This document shows, piece by piece, positions 1-8,161 of a stretch of DNA of 62,265 nucleotides. The first letter of the stretch is position 1. Each line of letters starts with the position of its first letter. Origin of the DNA: Pirellulales bacterium. Its GTDB lineage: Bacteria > Planctomycetota > Planctomycetia > Pirellulales > UBA1268. The notes beneath the pieces were generated by a model. It was not told where the DNA came from, made no database searches, and saw only the letters and a program-made list of their open reading frames with translations. Where the stretch lies: the NCBI GenBank assembly GCA_044358905.1, contig JBIKND010000002.1, forward strand, positions 1 to 62,265, written 5' to 3'. The position numbers and the translations under genes are program-made.

Positions 1-37
1 GGTGTGGGGCAGTTGTTCCGCCGGCAGGAGTTGTGCC

Positions 38-1876
38 ATGCAAGACGCCCCGTCCCCCGCCCCGTCTCCCAATGGAGGCCCGCGATCCTCCGCCTCCGAG
101 GTCTGGGTGCCGCTCGTCGCCCTCGGCCTGCTCGGTGCGGCAGTGTGGTTCGGCACGTCCACGGCTCCGGCGCCGCAGTCCGCGGCGCCGCCGGGCGCGG
201 CAGCCGCTCCGGTCGCCGCCGATCCGTTGCCGAGTTGGAACGACGGCCCGACCAAGAAAGCGATCCTCGACTTCGTGGCGGCCGTGACCCGCGAGGGTGC
301 AAAGTCCTTCGTCCCCGTCGCCGAGCGCGTGGCCGTGTTCGACCACGACGGCACGCTGGTCTGCGAGAAGCCGATCGTCCACGGCTTGTTTCTCGTGGAC
401 CGGGTACGGGAGCTGGTGGAGCGACGGCCGGAGCTCGCGCACGAGGAGCCGTATGCCACGCTGCTCACCGGTGACATCGAGTTCATCCGCAAGCTGGGCA
501 AGAAGTTTTTCCTCGACCTGACCTTCGCGGCGATCGGCGGCATGCCCGAGGAGCAGCTCGAGGCGGAGGCGCGGGAGTTCGTTCGCACCACGAAGCATCC
601 GGTCTTCGACGTGCCCCTCGCCGAGACGACCTACCAGCCGATGCGGGAGCTGATGGCGCTGCTCAAGGCGAAGGGCTTTTCGATCTGGATCTGCTCCGGC
701 AGCGGCATCCACTTCATGCGGCCGGCGGCCGAGGAGTGGTACGGGATCGGCCCGGGGAACGTGATCGCCTCACGGCCGAAGCTGGCGATGCGGGAGATCG
801 AGGGCACCGCGCTGGCCGAAGGCGAGTCGCCCAACAAGCGACTCGACTTGGAGGTCCTGCCCGAGATCGACGTGCTCAACGACGAGGATCGCAAGCCCGT
901 GAGCATCGGCGAGCGGATCGGCCGCCGTCCGATCTTCGCGGCCGGCAACGTGGGTACGGGGGGCGACGTGGCGATGCTGCGGTGGTCGCAGTCGGCCGAT
1001 CGGCCCAATCTGCAGCTGCTTGTGCTTCACGATGACGCCGAGAGGGAAATGTCCTACGGCGAGCCGACCAATGTCTCGTTGACCGCCGCCGAGCGCTACG
1101 GTTGGCAGGTCGTGCGGATGGCGTCGGACTGGAAGACGGTGTTCACCCGGCCCTTGACCAAGCAGCTGGCCGTGGCACCGGTGGCCACCGCGGCGGCGGC
1201 CCCGCCCGTCGCCCCGGGCGAAATCGCGCCGGCGGCTCCCGTCGTCGCGCCGCCGGCGGAGGGGCCGCCACCGGTACGGTGGGAAGAAGAGATCGCCGCC
1301 TTCGAGAAACTCGATCAGGAGTCGCCTCCGGCGGCGGGCGGGATCTGCCTGCTGGGGTCGTCGAACGTCCAAATGTGGACGACCCTGGCGGATGATTTTT
1401 CCGGGCTGAATGTCGTCAACCGGGGCGTGGGAGGGTGCCGGCTCGGCGAGTTGGCCGAGTTCGGACCCCGGCTGCTGGCCGCGGCCAAGCCGCGGGTGAT
1501 CGTCGTCTCGGCCGGGACCAACGACGTGGCGGCGGGCCTCGCGCCTGAGCAGATTCGCGACGACTTTCTCCGCCTCGCGGCCAGCCTGCGGCAGGATCTG
1601 CCCGACACGACGGTGGCGTTCCTGGCGATCGCGCCGAGCATCAGGCGTTGGGACCAGCTCGATCGGCAGACGGCCGCCAACGAGGCGATCCGCGCGACGG
1701 TGGAGGCCGGCGGCCCCGGCCTGGCGTACATCGACGCCAACGCCGCGTTTCTCGGGCCCGACGGCCGGCCGGCGGCGGAGTGCTTCCTCGACGACCATCA
1801 GCATCCGAGCACGATCGGCAACTCGCGGCGGGCGGCCCTCATGCGGCCGGCGCTCGAGCGGCTCTTGAAGGAGTGA
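38..1876 (+). CDS. Fusion protein: N-terminal HAD-superfamily hydrolase domain plus C-terminal SGNH/GDSL-type hydrolase domain, with N-terminal membrane anchor
   Basis: ORF 2..1876. The first ATG is at 38, but the frame is open to the window edge, so the start could lie upstream. Hydrophobic segment VWVPLVALGLLGAAVWFG. HAD motif I FDHDGTL. Ala/Pro linker AVAPVATAAAAPPVAPGEIAPAAPVVAPP. SGNH-like blocks LLGSSNVQMW, NRGVGG, SAGTNDV, DDHQHPS. Confidence 0.7.
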   Translation: MQDAPSPAPSPNGGPRSSASEVWVPLVALGLLGAAVWFGTSTAPAPQSAAPPGAAAAPVAADPLPSWNDGPTKKAILDFVAAVTREGAKSFVPVAERVAVFDHDGTLVCEKPIVHGLFLVDRVRELVERRPELAHEEPYATLLTGDIEFIRKLGKKFFLDLTFAAIGGMPEEQLEAEAREFVRTTKHPVFDVPLAETTYQPMRELMALLKAKGFSIWICSGSGIHFMRPAAEEWYGIGPGNVIASRPKLAMREIEGTALAEGESPNKRLDLEVLPEIDVLNDEDRKPVSIGERIGRRPIFAAGNVGTGGDVAMLRWSQSADRPNLQLLVLHDDAEREMSYGEPTNVSLTAAERYGWQVVRMASDWKTVFTRPLTKQLAVAPVATAAAAPPVAPGEIAPAAPVVAPPAEGPPPVRWEEEIAAFEKLDQESPPAAGGICLLGSSNVQMWTTLADDFSGLNVVNRGVGGCRLGELAEFGPRLLAAAKPRVIVVSAGTNDVAAGLAPEQIRDDFLRLAASLRQDLPDTTVAFLAIAPSIRRWDQLDRQTAANEAIRATVEAGGPGLAYIDANAAFLGPDGRPAAECFLDDHQHPSTIGNSRRAALMRPALERLLKE

Positions 1877-1933
1877 GCCTCCCGCGGCGGTCATCCGCCG
1901 TGCGAGGATCGTGAGGCACGAAGGAGCGGCGGC

Positions 1934-2836
1934 ATGGCCATGGAGCAGGCGGATCGAACGGATGCGTCCGGCGGCATCGACGGAGCGCTGGCGTGGCTCA
2001 TGCGTGGCGAATGGCTCGGCGTGCTGCCCGCCGCGCTCCGGGAGCCCGCGGCCCGCGGGCTCGTGCAGGTGGTTCTGGCGGCGGCGGCGCTGCTCGTGTT
2101 CGCGCCGTGGGCCGACTCGCGCGGCGAGGCGTATCTGGAAGCGACTTTCGCCCGCACGCTCGCCGCTCTCGCGGCGACCCGCGGCCTCGACAGTGCGATT
2201 TCGCTCGCCCAGAGCTCGGAGGTGAGCTTCTCGTTCGGACCCGGCGGCAGCCTCGGGATCGGGCAGGCGCTCGATCCCGTCAACGACCTGGTCGAGCAGT
2301 ACGGTGCACTGCTGCTGACGAGCACGACGGCCCTTGGCGTGCAGCGGCTGGGCATGCAGATCGGGCGGACGCTTGGCTGGTGGCTGTTCGTGCCGGCGCT
2401 GGCGGCCCTGGTCGTAGCGGCCGTGTGCGGGAGTCGGGGCAGGCAGACGGCGATCGTCTGGAGCCGCCGGCTCTTCGGGCTGGCGCTCTTCGCGCGGCTG
2501 GCCCTGCCGGCGGCGGGCTGGATCGATTCGTGGGTGGTGGCGCGGTTTCTCGAGGCCAACTACCAGGAGGCCGCCGCGGTCGTCACGGCCACGACGGAGA
2601 AGATCGAGCGGGTGGAGTCCGACGATCAGCAGCGGCCGTGGTACGAACGCTACAACCCGGTCGACGTGATCGGCGACAAGGCGAAGCGGCTCTACGACGC
2701 CCTGGCCGCCGTCGGCGAATCGATCGTGAACCTGGCCATCTACTTCACGATCTCCACGATCGTCCTGCCGCTGGGCACCCTGTGGCTCCTCTCCCGGCTG
2801 ACCGGGGCGTTTTTTGCCGGTCGCGGCGGGACGTGA
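1934..2836 (+). CDS. Hypothetical multi-pass membrane protein
   Basis: 300-aa ORF with several hydrophobic helices (VVLAAAALLVFAPW, WWLFVPALAALVVAAVCG, LFGLALFARLALPAAGWI, AIYFTISTIVLPLGTLWLL). Composition is coding-like. No family recognised. Confidence 0.55.
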   Translation: MAMEQADRTDASGGIDGALAWLMRGEWLGVLPAALREPAARGLVQVVLAAAALLVFAPWADSRGEAYLEATFARTLAALAATRGLDSAISLAQSSEVSFSFGPGGSLGIGQALDPVNDLVEQYGALLLTSTTALGVQRLGMQIGRTLGWWLFVPALAALVVAAVCGSRGRQTAIVWSRRLFGLALFARLALPAAGWIDSWVVARFLEANYQEAAAVVTATTEKIERVESDDQQRPWYERYNPVDVIGDKAKRLYDALAAVGESIVNLAIYFTISTIVLPLGTLWLLSRLTGAFFAGRGGT

Positions 2837-3124
2837 GGCATACCGGGTGTCCATCGATGTGGGGCCCGGCACGGGAAAACATCGATTTTTCCGGTTTTTC
2901 GCCCAGGTCGGGCTGGTGAGGGGGCTTACCGTGGCGATCCCGTGAAATCCCCTTTCCCAGTACTTGCATGCCCGCGAAGTCAACGTAATCTATCCAACTT
3001 ACCAGGCGGCCGAGGCGTATCGGTCGTCGTAAGAGAAGGGTCTCTTCGACCGACCGACGTTCGGGCGCGTGCGAAAAACCTGCTCGAGTGTGTTTCTTCC
3101 TGTTTCTTTTTCCCGGAGGTTTGC

Positions 3125-5152
3125 GTGATTCGCAAAGTTCTTTCTTGCCTCCTGCCGGCGTTCGCCGTCGTCGCCCTGTGCACCAGCACGTGGGCGAAGG
3201 ACTGCGGCTCCTGCGGTGGCGGTTGCGAGGGTGGCTGCGAAGGCGGTGCCGTCGTGGCCGGTGATGCCTGTGGTGGTTGTGAGGGTGCCGGCGCCGCGTG
3301 CGGCGGGACCAAGACGGTGTATCAGCGTCAGTACGTGACCGAGATGAAGACGGTCACGTCGACCGAGTACACCACCGAGACCCGCGAGCGGACCTACACG
3401 GTCAACAAGCGCGTCCCGCGGACCGAGACGAAGACCCGCACGGTCACCGTGCAGGTTCCCGAGACTCGGACCAAGACCGTGAACTACACGGTCAACAAGA
3501 ACGTGACGGAGACCAAGACGGCCGAGTACACCGTCCAGGTCCCCTACACCGAGTCGGTCGAGCAGACCTACACGGTGCACGTGCCGGTGAGCGAGGAGAA
3601 GACCTCGAACTACACCGTCATGGTCCCGAAGCAGGAAGAGAAGACCTCGACCTACACGGTCCAGGTCCCCTACACCGAGCAGGTCGAGCAGACCTACACG
3701 GTGATGACGAGCGTGCCGGAAGAGAAGACCTCGACCTACTCGGTCCAGGTCCCGTACACCGAGTCGGTCGAGCAGACCTACACGGTGAACGTTCCGGTTT
3801 CGGAAGAGAAGACCTCGACCTACACGGTCCAGGTCCCCTACACCGAGTCGGTCGAGCAGGCCTACACGGTGATGGTGCCGGTTTCGGAAGAGAAGACCGC
3901 CACCTACACGGTGATGGTCCCCTACACCGAGGAGAAGGTTTCGACCTACTCGGTGAACGTTCCCTACACCGAGCAGGTCGAGCAGACCTACACGGTGAAC
4001 GTGCCCTACACCGAGGAGATGACCGGCAGCCGGACCGTGCAGAAGCGCGTCCCGGTTCAGTCGTCGAAGACGGTGCAGGTCCGCGGTGGCCACTGGGCGA
4101 CGCAGCAGGTCGAGGTTCCCTCGGCCGGCACCGACGCCTGCGGCTGCCCCTGCCCCCCGAAGACGTGCTGCAAGCGTGTCTGGGTTCCGACGTGCGAAAC
4201 GAAGGAAGTCCCGGTCACGACCTACCAGTGCACGACTGAGGAGGTCCCCTACTCCTACACGGTCACCAAGTGCCGTCAGGAGCAGCGGAGCCGGATGGTG
4301 AACGTGACGAAGAACCGCACCGAGGAGCGCACCCGGACCTACACGGTCTCGAAGTGCCGCCCCGAGGAGCGGACTCGCACCTACACCGTCACCAAGATGG
4401 TGCCGGAGCAGAAGACCCGTTCGGTGAACGTCACCAAGTACCGCTCGGAAGAGCGGACTCGGAACTACACCGTGACCAAGATGGTTCCGGAGACGAAGAC
4501 CCGCTCGGTCAACGTCACCAAGTACCGCTCCGAGGAGCGGACCCGGACCTACACGGTCACCAAGTGCGTTCCGGAGACGAAGACCCGCTCGGTCAGCGTC
4601 ACCAAGTATCGTCCGGAGGAGCGGACCCGCAGCTACACCGTCACCACCATGGTGCCGGAAGAGCGGACCCGCACCTACACCGTCACGAAGATGGTGCCGG
4701 AGCAGAAGACCCGCACGGTCAACGTGACCAAGTACAAGACCGAGTCGAAGACTCGGGAGTACACGGTCACCAAGTGCGTGCCGGAGACCATGACGAAGGA
4801 AGTTTCCTACACCGTCATGGTTCCCCAGCAGAAGGAAGAGTCGTACACCGTGACGGTGTATGACTGCGTGCCGGAGACGAAGACCGAGAGCTACTCGGTT
4901 CGCGTCCCCCACACGGTCACCAAGGAGGTGCCGGTGCAGAAGTGCGTCACGGTCGCCGTCGAGGTGCCCGTTGAAGGCGGCTGCGGCGGTGCGGCTGGTG
5001 GCTGTGGTGACGCCGGTGCGGCTGGTGCCTGCGGCGACGCCGGTGCCTGCGGCGATGCCGGTGCGGCCGGTGCCTGCGGCGCTGCCGCTGGCGACTGTGG
5101 CGGCAAGGCCAAGGGCTGCCGTCGCAAGGGCTGCCGTCGCTGCGGCTGCTGA
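3125..5152 (+). CDS. YTV-repeat, cysteine-rich secreted protein (planctomycete cell-envelope-type protein)
   Basis: GTG at 3125 lies 6 nt after GGAGG (3115-3119) and opens a signal peptide (VIRKVLSCLLPAFAVVALCTSTWA). There are dozens of x-YTV-x-VP / YTVTK units. Cys/Gly-rich N-terminus (CGSCGGGCEGGCEGG), central Cys cluster (CGCPCPPKTCCK) and Cys/Gly C-terminus (GACGDAGACGDAG...CRRKGCRRCGC). Matches the YTV repeat family described from Rhodopirellula. Confidence 0.85.
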   Translation: MIRKVLSCLLPAFAVVALCTSTWAKDCGSCGGGCEGGCEGGAVVAGDACGGCEGAGAACGGTKTVYQRQYVTEMKTVTSTEYTTETRERTYTVNKRVPRTETKTRTVTVQVPETRTKTVNYTVNKNVTETKTAEYTVQVPYTESVEQTYTVHVPVSEEKTSNYTVMVPKQEEKTSTYTVQVPYTEQVEQTYTVMTSVPEEKTSTYSVQVPYTESVEQTYTVNVPVSEEKTSTYTVQVPYTESVEQAYTVMVPVSEEKTATYTVMVPYTEEKVSTYSVNVPYTEQVEQTYTVNVPYTEEMTGSRTVQKRVPVQSSKTVQVRGGHWATQQVEVPSAGTDACGCPCPPKTCCKRVWVPTCETKEVPVTTYQCTTEEVPYSYTVTKCRQEQRSRMVNVTKNRTEERTRTYTVSKCRPEERTRTYTVTKMVPEQKTRSVNVTKYRSEERTRNYTVTKMVPETKTRSVNVTKYRSEERTRTYTVTKCVPETKTRSVSVTKYRPEERTRSYTVTTMVPEERTRTYTVTKMVPEQKTRTVNVTKYKTESKTREYTVTKCVPETMTKEVSYTVMVPQQKEESYTVTVYDCVPETKTESYSVRVPHTVTKEVPVQKCVTVAVEVPVEGGCGGAAGGCGDAGAAGACGDAGACGDAGAAGACGAAAGDCGGKAKGCRRKGCRRCGC

Positions 5153-5183
5153 GCCAGGCGACGCTTCCGTGTCGTGAATCAGA

Positions 5184-5223
5184 GGGGGCCGGGCGCCATG
5201 GGTGCCCGGCCCCCTCGCTTTTT
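5184..5223 (+). terminator. Rho-independent terminator downstream of the YTV gene
   Basis: Perfect 11-bp GC stem GGGGGCCGGGC (5184-5194) / GCCCGGCCCCC (5204-5214), followed by TCGCTTTTT. Confidence 0.7.
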
Positions 5224-5299
5224 GATGCCAGGGGGTGGCCCCCGGCGGCGATCTCTGATGGAATGATTCGCTTTCCGTTCCGCACGGGAGGCGGGTCCG

Positions 5300-6403
5300 A
5301 TGCCGGCACTGAGCAAATCGAGCCCCCGTCCGGCAACACCGGAGCCGTGTTCCGGGAGCTCCGCTGCGGAGGGTTCCGCCTGGATCAGTCAGGCGCGGCA
5401 GGTCATCCGAGACGCCGATCGCGATTTCTTTCGCGTCTCACCGGCCCGCTACTGGATCGACTTCCTGGTCAGTCTGACGGCGGCGTATCTGGCGGCCGGT
5501 GTTTACCTCACCTCCCCGCTCTGGTCGTGGCGACAGGCCGTCGCCTTCCCGATCGCGGCGTTCTGGCTCTACAGGCTGGGCTCGTTGATCCATGAGGTCT
5601 GCCACCTCGGCGGTCACGAGTTGCCCCTCTTCAAGGCAGCCTGGAACGCCCTGGCGGGCGTGATGCTGCTGACGCCGAGCCCGTTCTTCACCCGGCACCA
5701 CCGCGACCACCACAGTCAGCGGTACTACGGCACGCCGGAGGATCCCGAGTACGTCGCCAACGTGCTCGAGGGGGGCAACCCGCGGAGCATGATCGGCTAC
5801 GTCGTCTACGTGCTGGCGTTTCCGCTGCTCGTGTTCCTGCGGTTCCTGCTGGCGCCGCTCACCTTCCTTCATCCGCAGCTCCGGGAATGGACGCTGCGCA
5901 AGGCCTCGTCACTGACTTTCAATCGGCAGTATGACCGGCGGCTGACAGCGGCCGATCGCCGGGCCATTCTGGCCGTGGAAATTCCCTGTTTCTTGCGGGC
6001 TGCCGTGATTCCCACGCTCGTACTCCTGGGGCTGAACCACTGGTCACGGATTCCGCTGCTCTATGCCTTGGCCGTGGCCACCGTCGTGCTCAATCAGCTC
6101 CGGCAGCTGGCCGACCATCATTTCGAGGGTGACGGCAGCCGGGTGGATCTCGAATCGCACATCGTCGATTCCTGCAACTTCACGCGGAACGACCCGCTCA
6201 CGCTGCTCTTCTTTCCGTTCTCCATCCGCTACCACGCCCTGCATCACCTGTTTCCGTCGATGCCCTACCACAACCTCAAGCCGGCGCACGAGCACCTCGT
6301 GGCCACGCTGCCGGCCGGCTCGCCCTATCACGAGCTCGACCGGCCGGGCTGGTGGAGCGTGGCCAAGGTGACGATGTTCGGCAGCCGTGCGACCGTCGGC
6401 TAA
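5300..6403 (+). CDS. Membrane fatty-acid desaturase family protein
   Basis: Three histidine boxes in the canonical order, HEVCH, HHRDHH and HALHH, with hydrophobic segments between them. Confidence 0.85.
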   Translation: MPALSKSSPRPATPEPCSGSSAAEGSAWISQARQVIRDADRDFFRVSPARYWIDFLVSLTAAYLAAGVYLTSPLWSWRQAVAFPIAAFWLYRLGSLIHEVCHLGGHELPLFKAAWNALAGVMLLTPSPFFTRHHRDHHSQRYYGTPEDPEYVANVLEGGNPRSMIGYVVYVLAFPLLVFLRFLLAPLTFLHPQLREWTLRKASSLTFNRQYDRRLTAADRRAILAVEIPCFLRAAVIPTLVLLGLNHWSRIPLLYALAVATVVLNQLRQLADHHFEGDGSRVDLESHIVDSCNFTRNDPLTLLFFPFSIRYHALHHLFPSMPYHNLKPAHEHLVATLPAGSPYHELDRPGWWSVAKVTMFGSRATVG

Positions 6404-6562
6404 ACCGCATCCCGTTGTGCCGTAGCCACGAGTTGGCAGATTGCGTGAGGCAGGCGAGGGGGTCGGCGAACGCTCGACGAGCGTGTGGCCGCTGCGGCCA
6501 CAGCGAGGAGACTTTTGCCGCCCCCGCGCCGGAGGTGCACCAAAGTCGACTGCGCTCTAACG
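6401..6562 (-). repeat. Intergenic structured repeat, family 1, copy a (MITE/REP-like, about 160 bp)
   Basis: Nearly identical over about 120 nt to 39689-39808, and homologous along its whole length to 39648-39808 and 31432-31614. It fills the entire gap between the convergent desaturase and mscL genes. Its first three bases are the desaturase TAA. Its CTA at 6557-6559 is the mscL stop codon. Confidence 0.8.
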
Positions 6563-6970
6563 CTGCTGCTTGAGCAGGTCGCGAATCTCGGTGAGCAGTT
6601 CCTGGTCCTTCGTCGGCCCCGGGGGGGCGGCGGTTTCGGCGGCCTTCGACTTCATCAGCCAGCCGAGAAACTTGACGATGAAGAAGAACAGCGCGGCGGC
6701 CAGGATCAGGAAGCTGACCACGTCGCCGATGAACTTGCCGTAGGGGATCGTCTTCGCGCCGATCGTCACCGCCCAGTTCTCGTAGCCCTTTTCGCCCGGC
6801 AAGATCACGCCCACGAGCGGCATGATGATGTTGTCGACGAGGCTGGTCACGATCTTGCCGAAGGCACCGCCGATGATCACGCCGACGGCCAGGTCGATGA
6901 CGTTGCCCTTGAAGGCGAAGTTCTTGAACTCCTCGAACAGCGAAAAGGCCTTCTTCGTCGGCAGTACCAT
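6557..6970 (-). CDS. mscL: Large-conductance mechanosensitive channel
   Basis: 137 aa. N-terminus FEEFKNFAFKGNVIDLAVGVIIGGAFGKIVTSLVDNIIMPLVG is the hallmark MscL TM1 region. Size and two-TM topology fit. Confidence 0.95.
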   Translation of the reverse strand: MVLPTKKAFSLFEEFKNFAFKGNVIDLAVGVIIGGAFGKIVTSLVDNIIMPLVGVILPGEKGYENWAVTIGAKTIPYGKFIGDVVSFLILAAALFFFIVKFLGWLMKSKAAETAAPPGPTKDQELLTEIRDLLKQQR

Positions 6971-7181
6971 GGGGCGATCTCCGGGGCGGGTGAGCGGAAT
7001 TGCGGGCCGGGCGATCCGGGCCGCGTGCCGCAGAGGCTAGCGACCCGGCGCCGATCCGGGCAAGCGGCGGCGGGGCCGGAGGGCCAGAACGCGGCCGGAT
7101 ACTTGCTTTCCGAAGGGGAAAATGGTTCGCTGAGTGGATGTCGGCATGGGCCGCGATGACGAACCAACTCGGGAGTGAATC

Positions 7182-8129
7182 ATGATCGTCGGCGTGCGGG
7201 GTGTGGATTCCTGGTGGCGGACTCTCGTGATGGCGGTCGTGGTGGTCGGGGCGGGGGCGGCCGTCGCGGCATCCCGAGTCGCCGCCGAACAGCCGCCGGC
7301 GATGGAGGCCGTGATGCGGGCGGAGGCGGAAGCGACGGTCAAGGCCTTCAATGCAGCCGATGCCGCGGCCCTGGCGAACGCGTTCCTCGAGGCGGGCGAG
7401 CTCGTCGACGAGGATGGCAACGTCTACACCGGCCGGGCCGAGATCGCCGGGTTATTCGAGAAGTTCTTCGCGCGGTTTCCCCAGGCCGTCCTGGAGATGG
7501 AAGTCAGTGGTGCCCGGCCGATCGGCGCGGCGCTGGCGGTCGAGGAGGGCGTGCGGCGGATCACGGCCGACGCGGGCGCTGCGGCCGCCCAGATGCGGTA
7601 CGTCGCCGTGCGGATGAAGCAGGGCGACCGGTGGCCCGTCGTCTCGTACCGCGAGTTTGCCGACGATCCCCTGCCGACGCCGCAGGAGATGCTCGCGGCC
7701 GTCGAGTGGCTCGTGGGGGAGTGGGTGGACGAGAGCGACGAGGGCCGGACGACGATCTCCTACCGCTGGAGCGAAGACGGCAACTTCATCATCGGCGAAT
7801 ACAGCCTCACCATCGGCGGCCAGTCGGCTGGCAAGAGCACGCAGCGCATCGGCTGGGACCCCGTCGAGGGTGAACTGCGGTCGTGGACGTTCGACTCCGA
7901 CGGCGGCTTCGCCGAGGGGGAGTGGGCCGCGGATGGCGCGGGCTGGATCATCAAGTCGGAGGCGACCATGCCGAGCGGTTCCACCGGGTCGGCGACGGTC
8001 ACCATCACGCCCAAGGATCAGGACCACTTCGTCGTCGAGAGCACCGATCGGATCGTCGGCGGCTCACCGGAGCCGGATTTCAAGCTCGTCGTCGCCCGCA
8101 AGCCGCCGGCTCCGGCGGCCGCCAAGTGA
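7182..8129 (+). CDS. Secreted NTF2/SnoaL-like (DUF4440-type) domain protein
   Basis: Signal-like N-terminus (WWRTLVMAVVVVGAGAAVAA). The segment AEATVKAFNAADAAALANAFLEAGELVDEDGNVYTGRAEIAGLFEKFF is typical of SgcJ/EcaC-type NTF2 folds. A second related half follows (WLVGEWVDES...). Family call is from motif memory only. Confidence 0.6.
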   Translation: MIVGVRGVDSWWRTLVMAVVVVGAGAAVAASRVAAEQPPAMEAVMRAEAEATVKAFNAADAAALANAFLEAGELVDEDGNVYTGRAEIAGLFEKFFARFPQAVLEMEVSGARPIGAALAVEEGVRRITADAGAAAAQMRYVAVRMKQGDRWPVVSYREFADDPLPTPQEMLAAVEWLVGEWVDESDEGRTTISYRWSEDGNFIIGEYSLTIGGQSAGKSTQRIGWDPVEGELRSWTFDSDGGFAEGEWAADGAGWIIKSEATMPSGSTGSATVTITPKDQDHFVVESTDRIVGGSPEPDFKLVVARKPPAPAAAK

Positions 8130-8161
8130 TTCCTCTTCATGCCTTTTTCGGAGCTGCCGTG

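Noticed and set aside
770-2983. 737-aa minus-strand ORF overlapping the HAD-SGNH gene and the membrane-protein gene
   Set aside because: The composition is extremely Arg/Gly/Pro/Asp-rich and it has no motifs. It lies antisense to two ORFs that carry clear domain signatures. This is a typical high-GC shadow ORF.
2999-4912. 637-aa minus-strand ORF with striking internal periodicity (GLLDRLGVGDLDRVGRGLLF...)
   Set aside because: The periodicity is just the mirror image of the YTV repeats on the plus strand. The plus-strand frame has an RBS, a signal peptide and a known repeat family.
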